DNA from: Stegostoma tigrinum | Lineage: Eukaryota | Assembly: GCF_030684315.1 (NCBI RefSeq) | Contig: NC_081396.1 | Location: 3,782,001-3,846,000, forward strand | Length of the DNA stretch: 64,000 bases | Direction: 5' to 3' | Shown here: piece after piece, positions 46,901 through 61,662 of the stretch | Layout of the letters: each line of letters starts with the position of its first letter | Numbering within the stretch: position 1 is the first letter of the stretch | Made by a program: the position numbers and the translations under genes | Notes under the pieces: generated by a model | What the model saw: the letters and a program-made list of their open reading frames with translations, nothing else | Database searches by the model: none | What the model was told of the DNA's origin: nothing

Positions 46901-49779
46901 CTTTCTTTTATTTATGCGGAATTGTTTGCATTATTACTCAGTTGAACATCTCACACTTTCGTTATCTATATCTGTCTATGTATTTTACATTACAGTGAAC
47001 TGTATTAATGTTATTTCCATTAATAACTGAAAAAGAATCTGGAAGTTAAATTATGTTTTCAGGTCAGATACAGATAAGTTAACTCATGAATGAGTCTGAA
47101 GTAATGCAGCAAATCCTCAGATGAAGCTGCATGTAATACTAGGAGAGATCTTCTGCAGCAAATCAACAAATAAAAATTCCCACTTCTCCAATTACCAGTG
47201 GAACAGCCTGTGTTTTTGAAATTCCCCCCAAATGAATATCGCTGACACAGCTAGAATTTTTGAACCATCTCGAACTCTCAATCAGTTGAGTGGCCAGCTG
47301 TGCAACTCCAGAAGGTAACTGAGAGTAAATAACGTTACATAATATTTCTTGGAGAGTTCACTAGTCTATCAAACATTGATGGAGAGATGGAAGGGAGGCT
47401 ATCTGGCACATTTCAGGAAGTGTACACACTACGATCCAACATGAATAATGGATTTGAACTTCCCAAATATTAAATGGGATAACACCAATGTGAATTGCGC
47501 AGAGTGGTCTGAATTCTTAAAACGTGTCCATGAGAGGCTTTCTTAAAAAAAAGAAATAAGACTTGAAACAACAAATTGCCACAAAGTCCTGCCATGCTGT
47601 GCTTCATTTTACGGGAAGAGGCTAAGCAAGATGTTGGGCAGTCATTTGGAGAGAATTTTGGTGATAGTGAATGCACATCTGTTGGATATTACCGATCAGT
47701 GGAAAGTGACAATGATCAGCGAGAAGTAAAGGTTTTGAATTGGTTCAAGGTCGATTTTGTTCTGATCAAACTCAATCAAGCCAATGTGGTCATGAGAGCA
47801 ATGACCTACAGAAAAACTTACACCAGAGCAGTGGGGGGTTTTGCGGTCAAAAATAACGAATTTGCAGTCCAAAAATATTCCTGAAAGGGGAAGACTGGAA
47901 GTAAGAATTCAAAACATTACTATAGGTGGCGAAACGTAAAGTAGTAGGCAAAAGAAAACTCCAGCAAAGCTGAGCATATCAGAAGCTCGAGAAGACTGTA
48001 GAAGCTGTAGTAAGTTTTTTTTTCGAAATTTTTTTTAATTGTCAAGAGAGGTAATTTTAATTTAAAAAGATGAATACGAAAAGGCATTTTAGGAATACAC
48101 GGAGGAAGAGAATAATGCAAAAGAGATTAGGGCCGAAGCAGAAACTAACTGGAGAAATCTTGTCGTGCTGGATGACTTTGATACATTTTGCTGTTGTATT
48201 GTACATCTCCATTTCTGACGACGGACGATATCGAGTGATTAATTCGGTCAGAAAGCTGTGGAATTTTTAGAAATTTCTATTGAACCTGAATAAGTATTTG
48301 GGTTTTTAGCGGGCAGACAATTGCCTCAGGTATGAGACCCAGTATCCTGGGCAAGGGATTGGATTGTAAGGACCCAGTTAGTAATATTAAAATCGTCTTT
48401 GCACAACCAGAAAATGCCAGAGCACGAATGCTCATAGAGTATGATGAATCAATAAATATTCAGGTTTCTTTTTACCGGCGATCGAGTCTAGTATCAGTGC
48501 CAGGGAAAGATTTTGGAAAAGAGATAACCTTGATTCAAAGTTGTAAATGTAAAATTTAAGTAGGAAAATTCGGCCTGGCGTTGATGGAAGTGATATCACA
48601 CCTTGCGCAGTTGATACTACCTTCCAAGGAGGAAATCAGGTGCATGATTAAGGGTGAAAAAATGCAATCTGCTTTGACATTAACGAGGTTTTTGATAAGA
48701 TCTTGCATCCTAAATTATTTAAGAAATACCAGAACCAAATGCAATTTGGCAAGGCGTTTCCAAAATTTACTTTGTGGAATCAGTCAAAAGCAGAAGGGCA
48801 TGGCCGAAGGTAGTCTTTGAGACTAAACCCTGTGTTCAGTGGTGCATTGCAAGTTTTTTGGTGCCACATCCTGTGCTGTTTGTAGTGTTCATGAATGATC
48901 GATTCATGAATGTAGGAATGTTGATGACAAAGTTTACAAATGAGGTGAAAAACGTGCGGTATTGCAATTCGCCAGGCGGAAAACCTGAGGCCAAGGTATG
49001 CTATAGATTGCAGGACAAAGAGGGAAAAAAATATAGCCCCGAAATGTGCGAATGAATGCATGTTCCAGGACTATCAATTGAAGAGAAACAATGATGCGTG
49101 GTTGTTCCCGACAAAATACAAATCTTAAGCGGTCACTTGCAGTACATATCCATTTTGCCGTGAAGGAGATGATTTAGAGCTATTGTTGTTAGTTATATTG
49201 TTATTAATACAGCAAATTCAACTAACATTTGTGGGTCCATTTTTGAATATCATTAAATGCTGGAATTTAAATTTAAGAACATAGTTGGAGGTAAGGTTCT
49301 AGTGAAGGTCATGAAATCATTACTAATTGTCAGAAAAAAAACATTCAGTAATGCCAATCAGGAAAGGAAAATTGTCATACTCACGTGGTCTGGTGTACAT
49401 GCAACTCCAGCCACAAAGCAAAGTGGTTCGCTGTCAAATGGTTTAGCAAGCCACTCAATTTTACCAGTTGCTGCAGAATTGCAACAATGTAATGAAAGTA
49501 AATGGGTGACCCGACATTGACATAGACATTGGAAGAGATATTGGCACCAATGGCCTTGTGTGCCAAACATGTGGTGACTCGTGTCAAACTGTAGAAGTAC
49601 ACAGGGAGGAAGATAATAATGAGAAAGAGATTAGAACTGATGCAGAAAATAACTGCAGAACTCTTGTAGTGCTGGATGACTTTGATATATTTGAAATTGT
49701 ATTTTATATATCTATTTCCAACGAAGAGTGATATAGAATTATGAATTAGGTCAGAAAGCTATGGAAGACTGGTAAAGCA

Positions 49780-52400
49780 ACAGCCTGATTGTGCATTCAT
49801 AGTTTAACTGCAATAATCCAAACATCACTACCCCTGTATATTCCATGGTCCTTCAGCATGGCATCACCATCACAGGTGGCAACACAGTGAGAAACAGACC
49901 GACAGGAGTTTCCTTCATAGCCGTCAACGTTCCTTCTGGACCCAGGAATTCTCATGGATTCGGGTTAAACATGGGCAAAGAAAAAAAAAACTTCTGATTA
50001 CTCTGTGCTGTCTTCTCTCAGCTTACAAAAATGCATTCCTCATTGTTAACAACATCTGGGGAAAGCACTAAAGGTGGTAAGGATACATTGATATTCTGTG
50101 AGGGGACACTGCAAAACTACTGACCGAGTTTCTCGAGCCTTGAAGGACTTAGTGTTAGTCTGGGTCTGCAGCAGCTGAGGAGGAATCCGACAAGAGGGAA
50201 AATGTATGGTTGAGCTCATTCTTCTCAAAAGTCTGGCTGCAGATGCATCTGCCCATGACAATATTAATAAGGCCAATCACCAGATCGCCGTTGTGGAGAT
50301 GAAGTATCAACTTCACATTGAGAATACCTTTCGTTCTGTTGTTTGGCCCTCTCAACACCTGGCATTAATGAGGTGATTTGACAATTGGCATAACTACACT
50401 AGAATATGTAACCTTATGGTTCTGCATATTCCCCACTCGCACATTTTGACCAAGCGAGGTAATCAGCCCTGGTTTTATGGAAAGTGCAGGATGCCAGCCC
50501 ACGAAAAGTACCAGAGGAGAGGTTTCAAACTTGTGAAGCTACGACACAGGGACTACTATCATTCGAAACAGCATAAACAGCACGTGATGGACAGAGCTAA
50601 ATGAACTTGCAATTAACGGATCATATATAAACAATTCTGTGCTTTCACATCAAGTCATGAATTGAGGTGAACAATTCAACAACTCATTCAAAAAGGAACC
50701 TCCATAGATATTCCCATCTTCAATGATGGTGCCAAAAGATCAGCAAAAACGTTAAAGTTGAAGAATTAACAGCAATCATCAACCAGAGGTGCCAAGTCGA
50801 TGATCCATCTTGGCCTCCTTCAAGTGTCGCTAGTTTTACAGATACCAGTCTTCAACCAATTCGATTCTCTCCAAGGATAATAACATTTGGTTGGGGGTGG
50901 TGGATATGCAAATTTTATTGGACCTGACAAGATTCTGTCAACAGGACTGACGAAATGTGCTCTGACATGCCACTCCATGAGCCAAGCACTTCCAAAACAC
51001 CGACAACACTGGCACAAACCAGATAATGTTGAAAATTGTTCAGACAATAAAATAATCCAGTCCGGCGAATTACTGCCTCAGTATGTTTCCCTCACTGATA
51101 AGTAAGGTAAGCAAAGCTGTCATTAACAGTGTGACCAAGCAGTACCAGGTCAGTAATCGCCTGTTCAGTGACGCATTGAGAATTTTATGCAAGGGCCACA
51201 TAGCTCCTGTATGAATGTCAGTTTTGGTTCAAAGATGAACAAAAACTGAGTTCCACAAGTGAGGGGAGAGTGATAAAACTTGACATCAAGGGCTCATTCG
51301 ACTGAGTGTGGCATCGAGTGAGCTTTTCCAACACTGCAATCAATGCACATCAGATGATCAACTCTTTAGTGCCTGGAGACATCATTTGTAAACATGAAGA
51401 CAGGTATGGCTGTTTGAGTTCATTCGTCTCAGCTCCAGGACGTCTCTGTCAGAGTTCGTGGCTCGTGCCCTTGGCCCAATTATGGAGAGAATCTTCACTG
51501 GTCCTATTATCTTCAGTTAATTCATTGATGATCTCCAGTCTATCACAAGATCAGATGTGAAATAGGCACTGATTATGTCACAATGCTCAGACTCCTCTGT
51601 AACTGCTCAGATATGGGGGCAATATATTTTGAAATTCAAGGGCTGGCAAAGATCATAAGGGGCGCAGACAACAGGCAAATAACATTCACACCACAGAACT
51701 GCGAGATAATAAATATTGTAATTAGAGACATTCTAACCAGAGCCACCTGACATTCACTGATGTTGCCATCACTGAATCCTCCAATCTCAAAAGTCTGTGA
51801 TTTCATATTGAATTGAAACCGAAATGGAAGCAACATATCCACACAACAGTGATAAGAGCAGGTCAATAGCCAGAAATAATGCGACAAGTAGCCCGACCTG
51901 CTGAGTCGCCATAGCCACCCATTATCTAAGAATGTGTAATGGCATGCTTCCCCGTCTGCCTGCAAGGGTGTCGCGTCAATTTCACTCAAGAAGCTTGACA
52001 AAATCAGAAACAAAGCAGCCCATTTCAATTGTACCACATCCACGTGCAACCAGTGTCTCCAAATCTGACATTGACCTGCTTGAGTATGTAGTATATACAG
52101 GATATACTGCTGAAATATAACAATATCCTTAGACAGCATCTTCCTAACCCATGACCACTTTTATCTCAAAGGATAAGAGGATCACATACACAGGAACTGT
52201 CGCACCAGCAAGCTCCCCTCCTCGATACTTATCATTATGACTTAGAAGTACATCAGCCATTCATCAGAGTAACTGACTCGAAATCCTGGAATTCCATTCC
52301 TTCAGGGATTTTGGAACCTACATTTCAGAAAGGCAGCTCAACACCATCTAATTCAGAGAACGAATGGCAGGAAATAATGTCCGCCTGTATTCCACCAATC
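49780..52400 (+). mobile_element. CR1/L2-superclade LINE ORF2 (endonuclease to RT to 3' end), decayed
   Basis: Collinear similarity to 41.5-43.0 kb in its 3' half; KRGNQPWF motif (50416-50604). Confidence 0.75.
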
Positions 52401-52449
52401 AACCTAACAAAAGATCCTTGAAGCAAACTCGACAGTTTGATAAGGCGGT

Positions 52450-52756
52450 TAAGGAGGCATTGTCAGTATTTGAGAAACATATAAAAGCTTGCAGTCACTT
52501 CGCAGGGGGAGGATTTCAATTTCTGTTATGGTAGCTTCAATTAATTAAAGGAATTGAAACGAAAAGGCCAGCTGAATCAGCGATAGTCACGCAGATCCTA
52601 ATTTTTTTGAAAAGACCACATGGCTCAGTATTGTTCCTCGGAGGAAGCTGTCAGTTCTTTCTGCCTGGTCTGTCCAACTTGTTCCACGATAAGGCGCCTG
52701 TTCCTTTACAGTCCCGAATCTGAATATGAAGCCAGCAATGCGTTTTAAAGCTACTT
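52450..52756 (-). pseudogene. Possible C1-set exon relic
   Basis: Acceptor T-rich tract..tcag|AA (phase 1); DSFLRGTILS/W, VTIADSAGLFVS, CEVT with the Cys 252 nt from the acceptor (251 nt in CH1). Confidence 0.25.
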
Positions 52757-53149
52757 CTGAAAAAAAAGCCAAATTAATCCAGTAAGACAGCAGCATTACA
52801 AAATGGTCAGTGATGATCACATTCTTGGGATACATAACTAATTTGTTCAAATTTCAACCAAGTGTTTCGAAAGCGCAAAGTGTGCTGAAGAATAGAAGTC
52901 TGAAACAAATTCAGATGAGGAATACTGGAAACAGGCAGTAGGTGATTCAGGTTCAGCAGAGGGACAATCTGTTCCAGTTTTGAGATCGATTAGTCGATGC
53001 AAAGTCTCCTATGAACTTGTTACAAATGCGAAATAATTATCAGCATATTCCACTCCAACATTTATTTCTGACGTGAAATGTGAAATTTATTGCTCTTCTG
53101 TTTGTGACAGCTTTCTGTACATACTGACTACATTTCGAGAATCAAGAGT

Positions 53150-53515
53150 GCTGTGGTAATATCACTGGTCCAGGATTTCTGAACTCCAGTTGGATGTTTA
53201 GCTGACAGGATGTGAAATCGCACGTTTTTCTGTTTTTGAAATTTGAATTCAAAGAAAACCTGGAATGAAAAAAACGTCCAATGGCAAAAGTGTAACCAGA
53301 ATCAATCGAAAATACAAAAGCAATTGTTCACTCATGCCTATTTGATAGAAATCTTCAGGTTTGACTTGGCCTGGGCTTCATGTGACTCCAGACACACAGA
53401 AATATGATTGAGTGACTCATGGAGTGGCAGTGGCAACCGACTGAGTGTGCGATTTGGGATAATGACTCATTGCTGGCTGAAGCAGCAACATCGGTATTCA
53501 ATGAATGAATGAATA
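53150..53515 (+). mobile_element. DeuSINE (SacSINE1-like)
   Basis: gaaatttgaattcaa..cctggaat..gttcactcatgcc..catgtgactccagac.. ending atgaatgaatgaataaaa. Confidence 0.65.
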
Positions 53516-54276
53516 AAATAAAAGTGTGACTAAAACTCACTAAACTATATCAATTAATTTCAATTTTGTGGCACTTTCTGATGTCTCTTTCAAGTAATTT
53601 ACTTTGATTTTGAAAATTCTAAAATGCGACTTGAGCTATATTGAACTCTTCGATATGTTCCCATCAAAATGGATTCATGTAACAAACAATTGAACGTTTA
53701 GACGAAATCTCGTCATAGAGAAATTTGTCATTTAAAGTGACTGTAAAATTTCCATGACTTAATTCATAACAGAAATTAAATTTTAAATTTGTGCTTATCA
53801 TTTGGAAATAAGTAAAACCTGTTGCAATTGATTTTCAGAAAAATTGTATTCATTTCTGCTAACTGCCAACAAGCTTAAAATAGATTTGTTTTGATTTTAA
53901 GCATGTCAATAAATAACGCTGATCATCTGGTTTTTCACCATCAACTCTTCTTTGAAATCAATGAAGCATGTACGTAAATAAGCAGAAATAGAACTGTCAG
54001 AATAGATCATAGATCAACAATAGTGCTTTATCTTTCCCCATAAACACAGGACAAAATTGTTGGCTAAAATGCATATAATTCAACAAATTCCAATAGTAAT
54101 TGATGTGATGACTTCGCAAACTTTAATTTAAAAGTTTATAGAATCAGCGTGATGCAAACTCTGACGTACAGCCAACAAATGCATCCATCATTGTGAGATA
54201 CATTGATCCAGCCAACATTTTTTTTCTGTCTCTTTCTCTCGTCCTCTCTTCCCCTCGGAGTTCCTCGCTTTCATGT

Positions 54277-54278
<2 letters not shown>

Positions 54279-54350
<72 letters not shown>
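54279..54350. repeat. (GT)36 microsatellite
   Basis: Read directly. Confidence 0.98.
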
Positions 54351-54351
<1 letters not shown>

Positions 54352-54703
54352 GTGTATGGTTCTGTTTCTGTCTGTCTCTTGTTCACTCATCTCCTCCGGG
54401 ATATTTTTTTAAAATATGTGACACCATGTTTTCACTCTATACCATCAGAAAACGTTTTCCTCCGTAACTTGAATTCAATGCCTAAATAACACACACTTTT
54501 GTCCACCTAATGCGTTTCTTTCCTGAGACATTTGAGACCGTAGAACAAGGTTTTCTGGAAAATGTATCTTTGAATATTCAGTGGCCTGGAAGTGCTTGAC
54601 TGGAACCGACGGAAGGGTCTTTGAACCGAATCAAAATTGTTTTGTAACGTGGCTGCGAGACTTTCCTGTGATTGTCTTTAAAGGGCTTTTCATTGTGTCT
54701 CAC

Positions 54704-55050
54704 CAGTATTGCTCATGTCTACAAAATGTTTGATCGCACAATGTAATTCACTTTCTGTCTAAAAGACTCTGGTTCGATGCTGTTTTGTGCAGAACCTAAG
54801 AGCCTGTCATTTTTATGGAATATTCGATGTAGATCTATCCAGCATCCAAAACGTACTGTATTTGACACTACAGGGATTCTATTCTTCTGTAATTATTTGG
54901 TTGCCTGGAGCAATGTAGTGGGAGATTTATTCTGAACGCATTGTGAGCTGTGAAAATATCTGGTGTAAACGTGGAAAGGAGCCTTTAACTCCTCCTTTTG
55001 TCTTCGTGATTTTGGAATGATTAATACCAGAATAAAATGGGAACAAATTC
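54704..55050 (-). pseudogene. V-set exon relic, copy A
   Basis: gatgcag|GA ATT TGT gives GICSHFILV..EELKA..QCVQNKS..D../VNY/CAI..NT G|gtgaga, directly followed by CACAATG-23-AGGAAAGTC. Confidence 0.3.
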
Positions 55051-57279
55051 CTGCATCAAACTTTCGCAAACCAAATTTCTGTTCTGCGTGTGTGGAGATA
55101 GAAAATGTATTCTTTGTGTAATGTGCATAACTTCCATAATCCACATACCAATGGTATGTTTGATATGGCAGTTTAAATGTTGTTTTGATCTGCTTTTACC
55201 TTTTCTGTAGCAGTCTTGGTTGTGTTTGATAAATCTTCAACAAACTTGAAGATATGACTAATTAGTCACTATCTGAGAGAAAGGATGCAATCACGTCAAA
55301 GAGGGCCAGAGGAGACCCATGGATGATGGTCTGAAGGCTTGTCTCTTTTTTAACGAGGAGAAGAAATTGAAGCGCCCGTGTGGCTCTCAGAAAACATGCA
55401 ATTGAGGAGGAATATCGGTGGGGACAATAATAATTCTGAAGTCAGTAATTTAAAGCAAACATCAATTGTAATGTGAAAATATTCAAATCAGAATTTGCTA
55501 TTCTTCCAATGGAATTTGTTCTTCCAGTCAATGACATTATGGTGGATTTGATATCCCTCACCTCCACTTTTCAATCCTGTTCTCATAAGCATTGATTCCA
55601 TCACTAATTCAAAATATGGCCCTTTCACCTTTGGAAATACTTAAGAGCCAATCTCGAAAATCTTCCATGGTAAAGAATTCCACAGATTCACTGCATTCAA
55701 TTTGAGGAAATTGTTTTCTGCCTTAAATTCGTGCCTTTAATTCAGTGATGATTTCCTTATCTACTGAAATCTCACCAATGTGGAAACATTTGTGCATTTC
55801 AACTGACACGTTCCCGGAAATTAAAACCTGCTTCATTATGTCACTACTAAATCTTGTATATTCCAAATACGACAGGCCAAAAACATACAATCTCCAGTCC
55901 CAAGACAGACCATCCATCCCCTGGATTAGTGAAGTGAACCTTGTATAGATTGCTTTGTATTTCCGTGTATCTTCCCTTCGATACGAGGCCCAGAACATCT
56001 CACAGTATTCCAGCCTTTGTGTGCCTAGTGCTTGAATAGTTACACCAAACAGAAATGCCAATCTGGCTGAGCTCCATTTGGAAGCACTTGTCTCATTCCT
56101 CCAAACTTTTCCCATTCGCATACCCGTACAGGTGTGTTTTATATGTTGCAATTGTAAATGCCTCCACCACTTCCTCTACCAGCGCCACCACGTCCCCCGC
56201 CCCCCCGCCCCGGCCATGACCCCTGCCATGGTGAAAGATTTACACTCTCAGGTCATTTGTAGACGTTTTCCCTGTCAGCCGAATACTATATCCTGTAGTT
56301 TTGGACTAGACCGTCAATGTATAATACTCTTGGTTCTTCAATCTATAAATAGTCCTCATGATGTTGTAAATCTCAATAAAGTCACATCAGCCTCCGATGG
56401 TGTAGTGCAGGTTTGGGTGGGGATGGAAACCGGCCGATTCAGCACCTGCCTGCAGCTACAAAACTCCAAGTCTGACATCATCCTTGAAAATCTTTGCTTC
56501 ACGTTCTTAAGTTGAAGAAATCCTGCCAATCAAATGTCGAAAAGGATTGTGCACAGCATTCCAAAAATGACGTCACGAATGTCCTATACAAAAGCAACAT
56601 GACATCCAAACACCGATTTTAAAAGTTATGTCCAAAGAAGTTTTGCGTGGCAAAACCCTACTTCACCACCCTGCCCACCTGCGACTCCAATTTCAAGGAA
56701 CTATACATCTGCACCCCAGTCCTCTTTGTTCCGCTACACTCATCAGGACCCTTCCATTAACTGAGTAAGTCCTGACATGCTGTGCCTTACCAAATGCAAC
56801 ACCTCACATTTTCTAAATTAATCCACAACTGACACTCACAGAATTGCATTGTCATACAACAAGCAAACAAACTCGACGATATAAGCATCCATGCCGGCCA
56901 TATTCCCAATTTTAATTAGTCCCACATGCCTGCACTTGGCCCTTGTCCCTACAAAAAATTCTTACTCACTTTCTCTGACAAGTGTTTCTAAATGCTGTAA
57001 ATTTATCAGTATCAATCAGTGACTCCACAAACGAACCAGTTTCCCTGCAAAATTAAAGTCATCCTGTCTTTTTCCTCTCACATTAAAAATATGCCACTCG
57101 TCATGCAACACCCACACTGCAGGGGGAAAAAAAACCCTGCTATTCTCCTGATCGAGATCTTTCATGATTTTATTAAACCTCTATAAGATCACCCCACAAA
57201 AGTCTACGTTTGAGGTATAAAAGTTTCAGCATGTCCCATTAATTCTCTACTCCCACAACATGAGATAGCATTGGGAAAT

Positions 57280-59090
57280 GCGATTATGGAGAACCACCAA
57301 AAGAATAACAAGCTAGAGAACATAACACCTGAAAGATCACTGAGGCCACTGTGCATGGAACTGCAGGTGGTGGATGAGATACTCAACGAGGATTTTGCAT
57401 CAATGTCACTGTGGAGAAAGTTATATAAGCTGAGGATGTTGGGAAAATAAGGCGCAGGGGCATGAACAATATCCACACTACAGAGGAGGATGTGTTGTAC
57501 CTCTTGAAAAAGAATTAACGTTGATAAACCTCCGGGACTCCGTCAGGTCTGGCCCAGAAAATTTCTGGAAAGCTTGGGAAGTGATTGTTGGGCACCTTGT
57601 TGAGATAGCGGCATCATCAATAACGATATCTGAGATGGTGGCAGATGGAGTTGAGCCACCATGTTGACATTATGAAAGCAACGTGGTGAGGAAAAGTCAC
57701 GGATCTGTAGACAGAATCTGTGAGTGACATCAGTGGTGACCAAGGTGTTGGAGGGGATTCTGAGGGAAAAGCTTAACATGCATTTGGAAAGGCAGAAATT
57801 GGTTAGAGTATAAAGGATGGCTGAGTCAACGGAGATTCGTTGCTCACTAAATTGATTGACATTCTTGAAGGCACGTGGAAGAGAATTGAAGAACACAAAG
57901 CATAGGATATGGACTCAAATAAGATTTTCGAAAAGGTTCTGCATGGTAGATCGGTTAACAGGTTTAAAGCTCACGGAATTCAGGGGAAACTAATCTTTGG
58001 GAAACATAAGTTTCTGGAAGATAGGAGACAGTGGATGGTCGTGGACAGATGTTTTTCGGACTGGAGGACTATAACAAGCGGTGTGCAGCTAAGATTGGAG
58101 CTAGATATATTATTTTTTCATCATTTACATAAATGATTTGAAAGTGAATATAGTAGCAATTTTTAGTAAGTTTCCGGAAATCACAAAAATTCATCATGAA
58201 ATGGATAACCAAGAAGCTGAACCTCGGGTGCAATCAATGTGTCATCGAATGGGACAATGGTCCAAAAAGTTTCAGATGGAGCAAAGTTCGGTATATTTGT
58301 GTTGCTGCATTTTGTTAGCACAAATCAGGTCATAACTCATATACTTATAGTCCTTGGGAGTGTTGCCAAACAAACATACCCTGGACTGCAGTTTTTCATT
58401 TGCTCAAATGTGGAATAACATGTAAGGCAGGGCCGTGAGTCGGGCGTTTATTGTGCTTGCCTTCACTGATAAGTGCACCGAGGATGGGAAATGGGGCGTC
58501 ATATTATCGTTGTATAGCTGTACCAGACATTGTTTCAGCCACTTTTTGATTGTGCACTTATTGCTGACTCCCTGCCTCAGGAACGATGCAATTGAATTGA
58601 AAATTTTCAGAGAGGAGGTAGAAGTTTTTTTTTGCTTAGTTTGGAGAATTCTAGCGTTAGGGAGAGACCGAATAGTCCGGTATAATTTTGCCTGAAGTGT
58701 CGAAAGCTGAGTTGTGATCTAATAGAAGATTATACAATCATGAGGGTCACGGATAGGGTGACTAGCCAAGATATATTTTTTTTCAAGTGTAGACCAACAC
58801 GAATGGGCATTGGTTGAATTTGACAGCAGAAGGGTTTTGAAAAGACATAATGGGCAAATGTTCCATGGGAAGGATGGTGAATGCATGGAATGAACTGCCA
58901 GACGATGTGGGAGAGGCAGGTACAATTACAATACTGAAAATCACCTGGATGCAGGCATGAAGTTGAAGGGTTTTTACAGGGATATGGGCAAAATGAAAGA
59001 AACTGAGGCTAGATTAATTTAGGACATCTCATTGGCATTGACGAATTTGATGGAAGAGTTTATATCTATGGTTTACGTCGTTATGGCTCT
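57280..59090 (+). mobile_element. CR1-type LINE ORF2 RT to 3' end
   Basis: ORF 57909-58136 MDSNKIFEKVLHGRSV..KAHGIQGKL..RRQWMVVDRCFSDWRTITSGV. Confidence 0.85.
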
Positions 59091-59199
59091 ATCCAGCCTC
59101 CCCCAGTGAGGCTCACCTTCCATGCTAATGAATCATTCCTGAGCATGCTCCAACCGAATAGTATCCTTCTTATAACCTTTTCACATATATTTCAAGGTA

Positions 59200-60190
59200 C
59201 AGCCTGATGATACAGTCATCAGTTAACTGCAACTTGCCCTCAGTATTGATGCTGGAACCGCCAAGTTATACGGTTTTAGGTTAAACATGGACAAAGAAAG
59301 GAACTACTGATTACAATGTGCCATCTTCCTTTGGCTGATGAATAAGTCCTCCTCCACGTTGAACAGCATTTGAGTTAAGCACCGAAGGTGTCAAAGAAGC
59401 AGAATGTATTTGGGGAAGGGGAATTCAATGCACACTACTAGGCATGGCCACACTCCTGTGCGAGTTCCTCTGGTCCTAACAGACAGAGATGTTAGACTGG
59501 GCCTGACGCAGCTGGTGATGGAAGCAACAAGAGGGGAAATATATGTTTGAACTTACCCTTACTTCTATTTGGCTGCACAAAATATAATAAGAAAAATGAT
59601 AACCAGACTACCGTTGTGGAGAGCAAGTCTCAAGTTCATATTGAGGAAACTCTCCATTGTGTTTTTCGGCACTCTCGGCGTTCTAAATGGCACAGATAAA
59701 GTAACACAGCTCTTGGCAATAATGAGGTCATTGGGCCATCAAAATAATCATAATTATTCTCCAGTACAATGTGCAACCTCATAGTGCTGCATATTGCTCA
59801 CTCAGAAATTATCGCCAAGAGAGGGCATCAGACCCGGTTTAATGGAAAGTACAGGATGCCATTCCTGGAACAGCAATAGAGAAGAGATTTTAACACAGTG
59901 AAGCGACGACAGAGGGACTATGATGATGTCAAACAGCATAAACAGCACTTGATGAACCGGACTGAGCGAACATGCAACTAACTGATCAGGTCTAAACTCT
60001 GTCATGACGCCACATCAAGTCATGATGTGAGATGGATAATTAAATAACACATTGGAGAAACAAGCTCCACAGATATTGCCATCTTCAAAGATGGAAGAGC
60101 CAACACATCAATGCAAATGTTAAGGCTGAAGAATTAACAGCAATAATCAGCCAGAAATGTCAAGTTAATGATGCATCATGACATCCTCTT
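59200..60190 (+). mobile_element. CR1/L2-superclade LINE fragment collinear with 49780-50820
   Basis: ttaaacatgg.caaagaaa, cacatcaagtcatga and gaagaattaacagcaat shared between the two. Confidence 0.7.
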
Positions 60191-61662
60191 GTGCTCGACA
60201 CCTGTGCAAGGGTCAGTGGTCCAGAAACGCCAAAACTGCCTTTCCTTTTTCACAGATGCTGTCAGACCTATGGGCTTTTCCAAAGACTTTGTTTTTCTTC
60301 CTGATTTACAGCTTTCACAGTTCTTTCGGATTTTTTTAAAGTAGGAAGTCCACTGATCCGTGAAATTTGAATTAAAGGAAAGCCTGGAATGAAAAACTGA
60401 AGTCTAATGGCATCACTATAACCAGAGTCAATAGAAAATAAAAGATTATCCTGTTTTACCATGTCAACTAACAAGTAAATCTGTCAGCATTACTTGGTGT
60501 GGCCTTCATGTGACTCGAGATGCACAGTAATGTAATTGCCTGCCTTCTGGAGTGGCAGTGGCAAACTAATCAATGGGCGATTTGGGATAAGAACACATTC
60601 TTGCCAGACCAGTAATGTCGACATTCCACAAATTAATAAAATAAAATATGAACGTCACTAAAACTCACTAAACAATATCAATTAATTTAAATTGCTGTGG
60701 CCGGTCCTACTGGCCTTTCAAGCATTTTTAATGAAAATTCTAACACAAGCTTCGAGTTATGTTGAGTTCTTGAATATGTTCTGGTCAAAACGGATTGAAG
60801 TGTAATGAAAAGAAAGTTCAAAATAAATCCAGTTGCACAGAAGCGTTTCCTTGACTGTGGCTTCAGAACATCCATGATTGAATTTTTAACCTAAATTAAA
60901 CTTATAAAATTCGTGCTTATCGTTTGGAAATAAATAACATCTATTGCATTTAATGTGCAAGAAATTTGTATTCATTTCTGCCCACTGTCAACTTTCTTAA
61001 AATAAACTTGTTTTAATTTGAAATTTTCTGATAAAAAGTTTCAATCATTTGCATTTGTCTCCATCAGCACTTGTTTGAAACCATTGAACCGTTTATGTAA
61101 ATATATACAGAAATAGAACTCTCAGAATAGATTATAGAGCAAGAAAAACACAATTTATCCTTTCCCACAATCACAGCACACTCGTCAAACACCAATTGAC
61201 GTGAATGCTTTTTAAAACATATTGTTTTATGAGTGGACAATCAAATGATACTAATATTCACGGTTAGTGAAAATATGCATCATGAATTGCAAGATAGATT
61301 GGCACAGCCAATGTTTCTGTCTCTGTCTATGTCTGTCTTTCTTTCTCTCTTCCTATCCGGTTTTCTCCTTTTCATTTTTTTGCTACTTGACGACGTGTTC
61401 TGCTGCTCCACCATGGAAAATGTTTTCCTCCATAATATGAAGTCAACACACAACTAACATATACTCTCAGTCCAACTAATGCGTCAGCATTTGAGTCACT
61501 TGAGGAAGGTTTTCTCGAAAATCTGTCTCTGTGAATCCAGCAATCTGGAATTGCTCAACGATAACGGATGGAGTGGTCTTTAAACAAGATCTAGTATATC
61601 ATGTTTCGAGAATGTGAGGCTTTACTGTGATAGTGTTGAAATGGCTTTTCGTTGTGTCTCAC

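Larger units (their letters stand above)
53235..56790 (+). repeat. Segmental duplication, copy A (paralog at 60360-64000)
   Basis: Collinear matches in non-TE sequence: taaaactcactaaac (53531/60659), gtgcttatc.tttggaaata (53791/60913), ttgtgtctcaccagtatt (54693/61652), acaaattcc.gcatcaa (55043/62031), cctcacctccac (55556/62532). Confidence 0.85.

Noticed and set aside
54420-54470. J-like FSDGI / FHGGA segments downstream of the duplicated V relics (also 61385-61425)
   Set aside because: No convincing FGxG, RSS or donor in either copy
54144-54489. Cys/Val- and His/Thr-repeat ORFs
   Set aside because: Translations of the (GT)36 microsatellite
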